From assembly GCA_976551045.1 (NCBI GenBank), contig CDPCPM010000776.1, forward strand, positions 248,001 to 312,000: DNA of 64,000 bases, written 5' to 3'. The notes under the pieces were generated by a model. It was not told the origin of the DNA, made no database searches, and worked only from the letters and a program-made list of their open reading frames with translations. Every line of letters begins with the position of its first letter. Positions within the stretch are counted from its first letter, which is position 1. The stretch comes from Glaucostegus cemiculus (lineage: Eukaryota). Below are positions 36,671 to 50,034 of this stretch, piece by piece. Position numbers and translations under genes: made by a program.

Positions 36671-39049
36671 AAGCTAGTGTGGTGTGTCAAGGTCACCAGT
36701 GAAGAGCCTGTGTTGGAGGGGTGAGGTGAGGTGGGGTGGGGTGGGTTACAGGACTTCCCAGGCAGTGCTCAGCTGAAAACAGCTACAACTTGCCAAGGGA
36801 TTTTGATGAAAAGGATCATTATTGAGCAGCAGGAAACAATTGCCAAACCTTCTGAATGCACTGCACAAACTCATGGAGGTAGGAGGAGCCCATCTCAAAT
36901 TATTCTGGAACAGGCTTGTTCCCATGGGAGAAGAGCATGCATCTACATGATGCCTAAACAAGGCAATGGAATGACTAAACCCAGGTCTTCCCTGGTATCC
37001 AGAGCTTGAACACTTGCCTTAATAAGAAGGAGTGCTACCCCAGCCTTGGCATTTCAATGCCCCACTCATCTGCAGCAAAGTTTTCACCAGCAAAGTGGCA
37101 ACAGGGACGTGTGACTGGGCCCTGAGAGGGTTAATGGAAAGGTTGCAGAGAGGATGGTGCTCTCCTCCCAATCAATAAAGATTCCACGCCAGATCTGCTC
37201 CCTCAGCCAGTAGCCAACACTCTAACACCCCAATGGCCAGGTCTGTATCTGGAGCAGTTCACAGGTTTCCAAAACCAGGACCAAGAGCAACTCACCAGTC
37301 AGACCAAGGATGGGAGCAGCTTCCCCTACCTAAAGTCATAGGGCTTGCTAGTCATGGAAACAATTGATGGTTATTCAGTGTTAAGATGTTGGATGCCTTA
37401 CACATTTTATGCAGTTACGTCTTGCTTATTTGCTTACGTGTTTCCCGTGTTACCCCCTTCTGGCTACTGGTTGGCAGGTGACTTTGGGAGTTGTCCAGTA
37501 ATGAACGGGAAGAGCTGAACTGATGGTGACCATTTGGAGTCAACAAAAGAAGTGCTTGGACGTTTGCAGGGTTACTTGGTCTTAGTGTCAGTGGGAGGAT
37601 CAAAAGTGCCTTTGGCGTGTGGTACTGCATGATCTAAGTGGAACTTTGCACTAATGGGGGCACCCCAGGAAGCAGAGTGCACCCACATTGTCCTCAACTC
37701 CTCGTCTGCCTCCTCCTCTGAAGAGAGCTCGTGTCTGGAGGAGCTTTTTGAGGAGAAATGAAACTTAAAATATCAACAACAAGCACTGAAGCCCTTAAAA
37801 ATTCTCCTTTTATTGCAGCATTGGTTGCTCTGGAATAAATTAACAAAGTCATATGTTCAAACTAAAGCCGGCTTCGAGAACATCATTTATAATCTGGACA
37901 TTTTTACAGCTTAATAACTACTTTTAAAAAACAGAGATTTCAGTATGTCTCAATGAAATTAAAACTATACAGATGAAATGCAGCATTATAGCATTCTGAC
38001 TGTTAAATTTGATAGTAATCATTAAAAGAGAAACAGCTAATTAAAATTACAAGCAAAGAAACTTTCCACAAAAAATGATCAATATTTTAAGCTCACAAGT
38101 GAAATCCAGCATCCTGGTTCTGTTTCAGTGTGATTCTGTGTACATGATATATCTTAAAGCAAATACCGAAAGAAAAAATGCAAATGGCTGTATTAGTCCA
38201 CTATCATTCTTTGTTTCTGGCCTACAATATTTGAATATTGATGCAGTTAAATTCTAAAGCAAATTAATCCCATACAACAACAAAATACAAATAACTTCAC
38301 TGGCTCTGCTGATACTGCCACAAAGAATTTTATGACATTTTACAGTTTAGAAATAGGTCAAACAACCCAAAAGGTTTCTGCTGGTATATGTGTTCCATCC
38401 ATCTCACTGGATCATCAGCATATTCAAACCAGTTTCCAAGTAATTTTTAGTGTCAATTCCGACTGGTGGATATAGATAGGAAACTGACCAACATAGATAG
38501 CAAACTGACCTCGAATTTCCCACTCCTTATTTTTTGGTTAAATTCAGGAGTTTTTTGTTGGTGTTTGGCATGTTCAAGTATTTTCAGCTATTAAAAACAT
38601 TTCACTCTGGTCTATTTAAATGAAATTAATTGGAAATTGGTAATAATAACAATTACAGATTAATTCAGTCTTTACCTTAATTATTCATTTGACAATATTT
38701 TCATTGTCTTCACATAAAAAGGGATTGTACTAGCTTCTCTAAGTATGCATAAGAGTAAAGACTAGCAAGAGCAAATGAGCGTTAGAGACAGGAGGGTTTG
38801 TAATTGGGAATAAAGAATGGTAGAGGAAATAATTTATACTTTGTGTCTTTCTTCACAGAAGAAGAGGAATAAACTAATACTTTATGCCCATCTTCACAAA
38901 AAACCTGCCAGCAACACTAGAGAATCAAGACACAAGAGATTGTAGATGCTGGAATCAGGAGCAACAAGCAGTCTGCTGGAGGAACTCAGCAGACTGAGCA
39001 GCATCTGTTGGAGAGAGGAATTGTTTGCATTAAATGGAGGGTAATATAA

Positions 39050-40030
39050 TGAAAATCTGAGAATTGCTTAACAGATATAAAGCATATGAGTAGGAAGAGC
39101 TGGTCGTCTTCAGGCTGGCAGGATGGAATCAGTGCTTAGACACCAGCTACTCACAATCAGTATCAGCAATTTAGATGAGGGGACCAAATGTCACGTTTCC
39201 AAGTTTATTGATGATTCCAAATTAGATGGATTTATGAGTAGGGACCAGGATGTAAAGACACTTCCAGAGGATACAGTCAAGATAAGTGAGAGGGTGGGGT
39301 CATAGTAGATAGAATTAAGAGGTAAAAAAAATGGGGGTTATCTATTTCAGTTAACAAAGCAGAAAAAACAAAGTTTTTTTAAAATGGTGGCAATTCGGAA
39401 CAGTTGATGTTCAAGGTGACCTAGCTGTCATTGTACACGACTAATGTGAGGTTGCAGCAAATGATTAGGAAGGCAAACCTTGGCTTTATTACAAGAGGAT
39501 TTGATTGCAAGAATAAGGATATCTTACTGCAATTATTCAGGGCCAAGGTGGGATTGCAGCTGGAAAATTGTCTCTTTGTCATAGAGGGAGCATGACAAAA
39601 ACTCACCAGACTGATTCCTGGATGTATTTGTTCGTACGGGGAGAGACTGAGTAGATAAACTTATATTCTCCAGAGTTTAGAAAAGTGGGATCTCAGTGAA
39701 ACTTCAAAATTTACAGGGATCAACAGGATGGATGCAGAGAGAAAGTTTCTGCTGGCTGAGGAATCATAATATTATGTAAGAGGCAAAGAGAAATTTCTTC
39801 AATCACAGGGTGATGAATTTCTGAAATTCCTTACCACAGAGGGCTTTGGAGGTTCAGTCACTGAGTTCATTCAAAACAGAGACTGAATATTAAGGGAATA
39901 ATGAGCATGAGGTTAGTGCCAGATTCCTTGAAACAGATTATTGTCTTCATTTGATCTTGATGAATGATGGAACAAGCTCAAAGGCCCAGATGGCCTTCTC
40001 CTACACCTAATTCTTATGTTCTTTCTATGA
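39050..40030 (+). mobile_element. Degraded CR1 LINE fragment
   Basis: ISNLDEGTKCHVSKFIDDSKLDG and a downstream 3' tail ttcttatgttc. Confidence 0.8.
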
Positions 40031-40325
40031 ACATCATTACCCTTCCCATTGGGCATACTACAGAGAAATGGGATCGGTCAGCAATCTGTGTGAGCATTGT
40101 CATAGTCCCAGGTGGCAGTCTTAAAGTTAAGTGAATGAAGATGTGAATTCTTCATGATTGACATTTATCCCTGACATGGGGTTTTATTTGTGGAAATAAA
40201 TAAAATCAGATTTTCCCAGTTGGCCTTCATTATGTTTGCTTTTTCAGTTTTATTCCCGCCATACTACACCCCCATAAATTCAATCCCTCATGAATTTGTC
40301 ACAGGAAATTCCCAGCTGCAAGCTC

Positions 40326-40331
40326 TTTATT
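40326..40331 (-). promoter_or_regulatory. Candidate polyadenylation signal of gene B
   Basis: First AATAAA seen on the minus strand after the gene B stop; further copies at about 40249-40254 and 40183-40188. Confidence 0.4.
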
Positions 40332-40768
40332 GTACACCAAGCTCCTCTGCTAAAGGTTAGCAATCTACTTAACCTCAGTTTGATAACATCCTGTTCTGAT
40401 TCTTGCTCAACTATATGCTTCAGATTGGGAAAACTGAGTTACCCAGATTTTCTTTCCTTAAACAAAGATAAAGATTATAACTTTCGTATAAGTAACTGGC
40501 AGAACAACATGGGAAAGTAGGAAACTGTTCATCCAGTATGTGGTGGTCTGGAACTTACTGGTTAGAGGCTGAGAGAGGCCAAGGTTTTCTGCGCATTTAA
40601 CAAGCAACCATATGACTTCATGGCTATTGAGCCAGATCTGGACTGTGGGATCTGGCTGAATTGCTCTTTGGTTGGGACAGACACAATATGCCAAATTGTT
40701 GCCTCATGAGCTGTGGTTCTTTACAATACAATGATTGAGGTCTCATCTTCCTGACCTGAGTCACTCAG

Positions 40769-41796
40769 CTACTCACTGCACATATTTGTTGAGGAACTTC
40801 GGGAGGAAAGCAATCGAGACAACTCCAATGTAATGGATGACTGCAAAGATCGATTCTTGGTTCCAGCTTTACGGAAACAGATTATTGCCTTTACTTTGGT
40901 CCTCCATTCATCAGAAATGAAGTAGTAAATAAAAGGGTCAATGCAATTATTAAAACTGCTGAGGGGCAAGAAGAACATGTAATAGATGTGGAGTTCAGGG
41001 ATCCATTGGTGCAGTAGCAGTATTATATTATTGGGACTGAAACACACAAGATACATAAACAAAGTTAAAACAGTGACCTTTATAGCTTTTTTATACTCTG
41101 TCTTGCTAAAGAGTAAAGTTCTGATTACATTACAATAACAAAATACAGTAATTAAGCATGGAATTATAAACCCTAGTATTACAACAGCCTGCCAGTAATA
41201 GAAATAAATATGTTCTCTATTCTTTAGATACACATCATGGCAGGTGATGATATCTAGGTCATTGATATAAAAGGACTGTTGCACAAGGAAGAAAGGGAGA
41301 ACAAAGAGAACAACCATCACCCAAATTGCAGTACAAACAGTAACAGCAAACTTATTGTCTCTGAAGCGTCTGGAGTAAAATGGATGGACCAGAGCAAAGT
41401 ATCTGTCGATGCTGATGAAGGTGAGGAGCAGGATGGAGCAGTACATGTTCCCATAGAAGAAGGCGGTCATCGTCCGACACAGAGCTTCGCCGAAGAGCCA
41501 GTTGTTGCCCAGAAGGTGGTAGGAGATCTTGAAAGGCAGCATCAGGATCAGGAGGAGGTCTGCTACAGCCAGGTTGATCAGGCATATGGTGGAAGGTTTC
41601 TTGTTTTTTGCGGCCATTATCCAAAGTGCCAGTGCATTGGCTGGGAACCCAATAACAAACACGAGGATGTAAAGGGCAGGACTCATAACTGTGGTGATGG
41701 AACTTGTCTGTTGATATTTGGCCCATTTAGATAAATCAACTGAACTCGAGTTATTCTTCATTTGTCCTGCCAATCCTCCTGCGAATGGTACTAAAC
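40769..41796 (-). CDS. Protease-activated receptor-like gene B, main exon (7TM), convergent paralog of gene A
   Basis: Open frame of over 334 aa with GFPANA, NLAVADL, DRY, ITCHDV, CFSPNN, DPFIY. Acceptor ctcctcacatctttAG at 41798-41797 gives a phase-1 exon starting xGT-TTA-GTA-CCA-TTC (x-L-V-P-F-A-G-G-L-A-G-Q-M-K-N-N-S-S-S). Confidence 0.92.
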
Positions 41797-42599
41797 CTAA
41801 AGATGTGAGGAGATAGTTTTATTCTTTGTGTTTTTATAGTTTGTTTTCATCTTGAGTATGAAGAGAAGCAATTTGGTCCTGCCCAACAAATGAGCATTCC
41901 TTACATCAGACCAGGTTACTATTGTTTCATCAATACATATTGTCTAAAGTTCTTCAAATAGTAACTGTCGAAAACATGCTAGGACCTGACCCAGCCATGG
42001 AGCAGAGTAGGATTATTTGCATGTTTACACTCCCTTTCCTGACTACCTAATCCAATCAAGTCTTGAGTCACTAAATGGAATCCAAAGATAAAATGACTTC
42101 ATACTATCTCTCTCTGTATTTGCATCCTCTATGATTAGTAGTTTTTGAATAGACCACTAACCTCTGGGTAATAATTAACATCATTACCTGTCAAAAGCAA
42201 GGAATATTGATCTTCAGCCCCTTCCTTAGATTATTCTCTACAATTTAATTATACCCACAATAATTCTATACATATTGGATCAAAACTTTGCAAAGTAATT
42301 CACGCATTAAACACATTTGAAGTGTAACAATATTGTTCAGTGTGCATATCTGCTAGTTAAGTAGTAGGTATGGAATAACTGATTACTTAATCTGATCATT
42401 TGGTTTTGGTTGGGCTCAGTCCTGTAATGCTATAATATCTTTGACAGGATTCTAACCGGAACAGGAAGACAAGACCTGAGCTATTGCTTCACCTTTAAAA
42501 TGCAGGACATGAGTGAGACTGTGTATATTATAAGAGGTCAGTCAACAGTGAGGGTGTGTATTATAGGAATCAAAATAAACTAGCACATGCAAAGTAAAA

Positions 42600-42720
42600 A
42601 TAGAAAATGCTGAAAACACTCAGCACTGATGAAAGGTCTTCAACGTGATACATTAATTCAATTCCCTTTTTACAGATGCTTCCCAACCTGCCAATGTTTC
42701 TTGCATTTTCTGTTTTTATT
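42600..42720. mobile_element. Short palindromic Penelope-terminus element with CTGATGA core
   Basis: agaaaatgctgaaaacactcagca...gcattttctgttttt arms; CTGATGA at 42626-42632. Confidence 0.65.
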
Positions 42721-42879
42721 ACACTGCAGTCCAACCAAAAATTTAAGTGGCACTGACTTTTAAAAATTATTGAGTAAGAAGCCAGATTGGCCTGATCCAT
42801 GCCAGAACGACAGTCTTCCAACCCAAAAAGCAGCTCAAATATTAGCCAAGCTAAGGACCAGAACACTGCTCTAGATGGC

Positions 42880-43620
42880 ATAAGAACAGCAAAAATGGGA
42901 GCAGGTGGAAGCTATTTAGCACGTCAAGCCTACCACGCCATTCAATTAGGTCAGGGCTGATCTTCAGGCTCAGCACCATTCTCCTGTGCTACCCCATATC
43001 CCATGATACCTATTTTCCAATCTCTGCTTTGATCCTAAATAGTTTACCCCTTAATGTGAAACTGTGATCCCAAGTTCTAGACACTACAGTGGGGGCAATA
43101 TTCTCCCCACATCCACAGTGTCAAGCCTTCTAGGAATGTTGTCTGTCTCATTCTTCTAAACTCTAAAGAATAAAGACATAATCTGGTCACTTTCTCCTCG
43201 TGTTCCACCTGCCATCCCAAGAACAAGTCTGGGTGAATCTTCATTGTTCTTCCTCTGTGGCAAGTATATTGCTTACCTTTTTAACGTAAGGCAAACAAAA
43301 TTGTATACAATACTTCAGGTGTGGTCCACCAAGGCCATATGTAGTTGTCGTAAGACAGCTTTACTCTTTTACCCAAAATCATATGGTGAAGTCCAACATA
43401 CTATTTCTCAATTGTTTGCAGCACAGATATATTCGTACCTTGAGTACAGACACCCAAATCCCAAGTCCCTCCGATCATAACATTTCCCAATAGCGCCACT
43501 ATTTTATAAAATACTCAGCATTTCTATTCTCTTCACTGAAGTGGATAAGCTCACATTTTTCCATATTGTTCCCCACTCACTTAACTTGTCTAAACCTCTT
43601 TGAAGCCTCTTTGCACCCTA
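42880..43620 (-). mobile_element. Degraded CR1 LINE 3' fragment
   Basis: cataagaa tail, gccattcaatt motif, aaattgtatacaatacttcaggtgtggtc (RPHLKYCIQF on the reverse strand). Confidence 0.75.
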
Positions 43621-46600
43621 CCCCCTATTCCCATTCCCATTTCTTTCTCCAACACACACTTTAATTTGTCGCCATTTAAAAAAGCTACCGTCTCTTGAGC
43701 TAAAAGTGTATGTGTACAGGTTTTCCCAGTCATTTTTGTAATTTGCTGGTTTGGTTTGCATAACTCGTTGTATCTTTCAAATTAATGTTGTTTGCAATTT
43801 TAGATATACAGCTAGCTTCAAACTGATCCTTGGTTCTAGACTTCCCAGCCAAGATAAATATCATTGCATCGACCCTATCAAGTCCCATATGAATTATGTA
43901 TGTTTTCTCTTAAGAAGGTGGTGGTGCAGTAATGTAGGGCTTAGACCATAACCAATAGGCTTGCTGGGAAGAGTTCTGAGGGAAGCTGAGTTAATCAGAT
44001 TGCTGCATGTCTGGAGTTGCATATCGACTGGGTAGGATAAGGATGGAAGACTTTCTTCCCTGAAGGATGTGACAGTGATTCAGGCAGGTATTTATAGAAA
44101 TCTGATGGCCACCATGTGGTCTATAGCTCTTTTTTTTCCCCAAGAAAAAAAGCTAAGGAACTTCCTGATACTAAAGAGGAATGAAATCTTTGGAATTCAG
44201 TACTCGAGAATGCTGTGGAGACTCAGTCAGTGAGGGTATTCAAGATAGAGATCAGTAGATTTTTGGATCCAAAGGAGTCAAGTGATATGGGACTCATGCA
44301 CAAACACCCTTACTGAATGGCAGAGTAGGCATAAAGGCCAAACGGATTACTCTTCTTCTGTTTCTTATATTCTAATGGACAATAAATACTGGCCTTGTTA
44401 GTGTTGTCCACACCCTGAAAAATGAATCAAAGAACATCTCTCTTCCTGATGTTTTCAATCAGAAATCTACAGCCCACCTGGGATCTGGGAGAAGATTTCA
44501 AGGGAGTTGTTAAATCCCTCGGGCATTTAAAGACATTAAGTCAGACTTTCAAACATTTGCAAGCCAACAGGACAGAGATTATTGAAGCCTGTGGACCATG
44601 TTCAGGGAGATGTATCGGTCACTCAGTTGGTCGTGAGTCATAGGTGGACCTGACCTGATTGAAGAGCAAGCTGGAAGTGTGGTGCTTGAATCACCCGCAG
44701 CCCAACACTGTTGGATATCTTCAGCCTGAGAAATACGAAGCCTACAGACAATGTTTACCTTTTTGACTGAAACTGCCCGTTACTAAAGAGTCATGAAATA
44801 CATAACTCCACTGATTAAAAGCTTGTAGATCACTGAGTGATGCAGAAAAATGCTAATGCTAAAGCAAAAGCAAATGACGTACAATGACCAGAACTGACAA
44901 TATCGTGTTCCATAGATGTAGAAGTATGTGGAGAGAAATAACAGAAGGTACAGATCTGCAGTTATTGATCAGCTGCATGATAATGGCCTAGACCATTTAT
45001 CATATCTGTGGGAAAGGGCAGGTTTGGGATTGGGGACTAGTGGTCATTGCCTTAGTCAAGGCCAGCAAGTTTGAGGTGCATAACCAGCAGGCTGGAGAAG
45101 GCGAAGGTTTCGGCTTATAGGTTTAGAGGCCCATTCAGGGCCTTGCAGTGAGAGGGCAGAAGGCTAGTGTGTGGAGACAGTAATCAGCCAGGCAAAGACT
45201 AGCACCTTGTTGGAGGAGTGTGGTGTTTTAACATGGTGCTTCTGACTCATTGACATATTTGCCTATGAAGATACCAAAGGGGAGGTTAGCAGATCTAGAC
45301 AACCTGAAAATGCTGGGTCTATAGCACAATCCAAATTTTATTTTCAATTGTACAAGCCTGAACTAAACAGCACTAATTACTTGGCACTGAACTTGTTGAG
45401 GTTCCAAAAGAATGTTTATACCAGATTATTTTGCAGGCGTAACAGTACAAAATGGAAGAATTTGTTTTTTTTCAGTCCAGTGAGAAAAGATTAATACATT
45501 CCAAAGGAAACTGCAAGTCTGGGCAGTTCTATTGATGGAACACTGAACAAGTTTGAGCTCTTCCTTCCGAGAAAGAACAGTTGATATAATCAAACCATAA
45601 TTGGCAGCAAACATTTCAGGCCACCTCACAAGATTTACTATTTATTGTCCAGAACTCATGACAGAAAAATCTATTGCATACTTCTGGGTTGTAAGCTGTG
45701 AAGTGAGGATATTTAAACTGGACTTGTCATTCTCTGTCCCTGTGCTATCAGAACATTCATTTATTGTCATCAAACACCTCTCCCAGAGCCAATTCAAGGA
45801 AGAATTATTGAATCCACTTAGATGAATGCTCCAAATAATTCAACAAATATAAGTCTGTAGCTCTGAAAAGCCAATTTATTTTAGTTTATGCAAAAAATTG
45901 TTCAGTGAATAGTTTGAAAATGACATCATTGAAAGTTTGAAAATGACAGTGGGAATAAACATTCATGGTGATATTCTGTGTGCTTGTCAAAGATAACAAT
46001 ATGCATTGACAAAATGGTTACTTAATTAGAAACACAAGAATGATAATGAATATATGTTTAACTGTATGATGTTTATATAATTAGAGAATTGTGTTAGATT
46101 ATGGGGAGAGTAACTCTGTCTTTAACAGATTTGGTGAAAAACCAAAGCACAGATCAGATCTCTAAACAGTCTGACTGGAGAGCGCTCATTGTGACCCTGC
46201 CCCAGTTGCTGAGGTAGTTCCCATAAGAGTTCTACTCAGGGCACTCTGTCAGTGCAGACGTTGGAAATCCATGTTGACCTGGGTTTGATCCTCACTTCAG
46301 CTGCTGTAGAGTTTAGAAGTTTCCTTTTGGACCAAGTGAATTCCCTCCGGGGTGAGTCATCGACATAGAGTCAGACAGCAGGGAAACAGGCCCTTCAGCC
46401 CTCCAAGTCCACGTCAACCATCGAACCAATTTACACTAATCCTACATGAATCCCATGTTTTATGTTCTCCACATTCCTATCAACTGCTCCCAAATTCTAT
46501 CATTCAGTGGCCAATTAACCATCAACCTGCTCCAAGTCTCAAGTAGGTTGTCTCTCTCTCCCTCTTTGTTTGTTAGAAGACCTCTAGCTTACAGCCTGTG

Positions 46601-46899
46601 AGATTGGCTGCCTGTTACTCTGACAAGGCCCTTTCCCATCAGCTGTGCTTCCACCATTGCCATCCCAGCCAGCACGGCAGTGGGTGTCCCCATTACCTCT
46701 GGCATCCCAAAGGTGGTCAGTGCACGTTACCCCTAGTGTGGGGGTGACCGGGAAATCAGGGGGGAGCATGTGAGAGAGAATAGGTTACAGAGAAATAAAT
46801 GGGGGGATGGGACTGATGAGACTGTTCTGAGAGCTGGCAAGGAATTGATGGGCTGAATTACCTCATGTGTCAAAAGGAAGTATGAAATATCAAGTATGA

Positions 46900-49750
46900 G
46901 AAATAAAAGCAGAAAATACTTGACACACTGAGCAGGTCAGGCACCATCTGTGGAAAGAAGAACCCACACTACTGAAATTACTGACGGTCTTTCTAAATTA
47001 CCTGTCAAGTTTTTGCTGTTGCAGCAATGACTTGCCTCAAAAAAAACTAGGTTAGGTATACAACTGGAAGAGCTCAGTGGGCCAGTCTCCAACAGTGAAA
47101 GCAAAGGGATGGTTGATGATTGTGTCAAGATCCTTGTGACAGAGTATAGTGGGAGGATGGCCGGTATATAGAAATGAGAGGGAAGGGTGAGGCAGAGGCT
47201 GGTAGGTGATCGGTGGAACCAGATATGGGAGGGGTGGTGAGCCGATGGGACCAGGTTGGGGAGGGTAATGAGTCTCCATAAGGAGGGGAAGAAAGGATGG
47301 AAAAGGCGAACAAAGACCATGGGTGGATTGATGGGAGTGGGAAAGGAAGACAGGGGCTATGGGTTACCTAAAATTGGAAAATTCAATGTTCATACCATTG
47401 GGGTGTAGGCTACCCAAGTGGAATATGAGCTGTCGTTCTAGTTTGCATTTGGCCTCACTGTGGCAGTGGAGAAGGCCGAGGGCAAACAGTCGGTGTGGGA
47501 ATGGGAAGGGGTCTTAAAGTAACACCCAACTGGAAGCTCAAGATGTCCATTGCAGAAAAGAGTGCAGGTGCCCTGCAAAGCAGTCACCTAGTCTATGCTG
47601 GGTTTCACCAGCCAAGACCACATTGCCAGCACCAAGTGCAAAAGACCAGGTTGGAAGAGGTGTATGTGAATCAGTCTCACCTGGGAGGGGGGGTTTAGGT
47701 CCCTGGATGGTGGTGAAGGAGAAGATATAGGGACAAGTGTAGCACCTCCCTCGGGGAAAGTGCCAAAGGACAGGGAGGGGTGGGTGGGAAGGGAGTCACG
47801 GAAAGAGTGGTTCCTGCGAAAAAGGAAGAGGGAAAGATGTGACCGATGGTAGGAACTCATTGGAACTAGTGGAAATGGCGAAGGATGATACGCTGGATGT
47901 TGAGGCTAATTGAGTGGAAGGTGAGGACCAAGCGAACTCTGTCTTTGTCCTTCCTGGGGATGGGTGTTGGATGAGAGCAGATGTGCAGGAAACAGAGGAA
48001 ATGTGTGCGAGGTCTCTACCAAATGCAACAGAGGGGAAGGCACGTTTCTGACAGGAGAAGGGCATTTCAGAAGTCTCAGCAGTGGAGAGCCTCATCTTGA
48101 GGACAGATGTGGCAGAGACAGAGTAACTGAGAGAAAGGGATGACATTGTCACAAGAGACTGGGTGGGAGGAGGTGTGGTTGAGGTAGCTATGGGAGTCTG
48201 TGGGTTTGGAGTAGATTTTGGTGGATAATTTAACTCCTGGGGTGGAGACAGAGAGATCCAGAAAAGGAAGAGAAGTTTCAGAAATAGATCAGGTGCACTT
48301 GAGAACAGGGTGCAGGTTGCTGGCTATGTGATGAAATTAACAAGTTCTGCACAAGTGCAGGAAGCCGTACCGATGCAGTCATCAATGCAGTGGAGGAAGG
48401 TGCCAGAGTAGGTTTGGAACCAGCAAAAAGACAGGCATTGCTGTGGGCGATGCCTGTGCCCATGGCTACACCTTTGATTTGTAGAAAGTGGAGTAGCAGT
48501 TGTTGAGGGTAAGAACAAATTCTATCAAGCAGATGAAAGTGAGAGTGGAAGGGAACTGGTTGGGTCTTTGTTCCAGAAAGAAGCAGAGGGCTCGAAGATC
48601 TTCGTGAGGGGGGATGGAAGTGTACAAAGGCTAAAAGGATGAGGTGGTTTGAAGCAGGGAACTGGGTTAGTGAAATGGTGGAGGACGTGGGAAGTGTCCT
48701 GTGTGGACATGGGAAAGGACTGGATGAGAGGAGACAACATAGAGTCAAGCTGCGAGGAGCTAGGTTCGGTGGGGCAAGAGCAGGCAGAAACAATGGGTCT
48801 ACCAGGGCATCCCATTCGTGGATCTTAGGTATGAGTTGGAAGCAGGCAGTGTGCAGCTGGGGCACGATCAGGTTGGAAGCCGCAGAGGGGAGATCTGATG
48901 GGGTGACATCTGTTACGGTCCAGGAGATTGTGGTCTGGTGTTTGTTCGTGGGGTCATGCTCCAGGGGGAGGCGTGAGGAAGTGTCCAAGAGCTGCCGTCC
49001 AGCCAGAGGTCAGTGCACCAGACCACGGCGGCACCGCCCTTGTCTGCAGGTTCGATGACGAGTTCAGGGTGGGTCTGAAGTGAGTGGAGAGCTGCACATT
49101 CGTAGTGGGTGAGGTTGGAGCGGGTGCGGAGAGTGGAGAATTCAAGGCGGTCATTGTCACATTGGCAATTGGAAATAAAAATGTCAAGGGAGGACAAAAG
49201 GCTTGGGTGGGCTGGGGGGTGGAGTCCAGGTGAAAGGGAAGTGCTGGAGATGGGAGAAATGATTATCATGAGGATTCCTTGCTGAAGCAATAGGAATAGA
49301 GGCAGAGGAAGAAGAACTCAGCATTGTGTTGGGCTCAGAGTTCATTGTGGTGTGGGTGCAAGGGAACAAAGGTGAGGCCTCTGCCGAGGACAGGCAGCTC
49401 AGCGTCTGAGAGGGGCAGGTCAGGGGGATGGTGAAGACACAGCAGAGGTTGGAGCTGGGGTGAGGCGTGGGGTCAGAGGAGGGTAATGGAAGAGAGTGTT
49501 CAGGGGGTAACAATGGAGGCGAGGAAGGTCAGACAAGAGAGGGGAGGGAGAAGGGTCCAGTGTAGTTTTGCGGCTGGGTGTCTGTCGGGGGAAGGGTGGT
49601 GGGAACGATGGGGGGAAAATGAAGGAGATCTGGTGGAGAGTTGGAAGTCTGGAGCTGGCCAAGAAAGTGAGGGTCCCCTGTGAAGTGTCGGCTTGTGCTC
49701 CCAGGCTGTGAAAGCCACAATAAGCAATGTATTTTCCACCTGATCACAGA
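46900..49750 (-). mobile_element. Near full-length degraded Penelope-like retroelement (RT plus GIY-YIG)
   Basis: LVIEPADKGGAAVVW, LIPKIHE, PGRPIVSACSCPTE, FLQIKGVAMGTG, LHCIDDCIG (YIDD-like); 47370-47900 is homologous to the GIY-YIG fragment at 21690-22260; terminal motif at 46900-46960. Confidence 0.9.
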
Positions 49751-50034
49751 ACTCTTATGGAACAAAGGACGTGATTGGCCCATCGCACCTTGACTGGCTC
49801 CTGGTAGAGCCGCCTTCTCTGTCCCATTTGCCCATTCTTTCTCCATGGCCCTACATGTTTTCCCCTAGAGTTCCTGTCTAATTGCCTCTTGAAGAGGCAG
49901 ACTGAGTGGTTCCACCAGCCCTGCAGGCAAAGAACTTCAGATGACAGCTACTCTGTTAAAAAAAATGACTTCCTCACAATCACCTTAATTTAAAGCCTTG
50001 AAATTCATCCCATTGATAGTGCATTGTGCCACGT

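Noticed and set aside
41279-41734. 151-aa (+) and 124-aa (-) ORFs overlapping gene B, and similar ones over gene A
   Set aside because: Shadow frames of the GPCR coding sequence with no recognisable domain.
44755-44915. Alternative gene B exon 1 (MEHDIVSSGHCTSFAFALALAFFCITQ) upstream of an AG|GTAAA donor
   Set aside because: An in-frame TGA occurs well before the donor.
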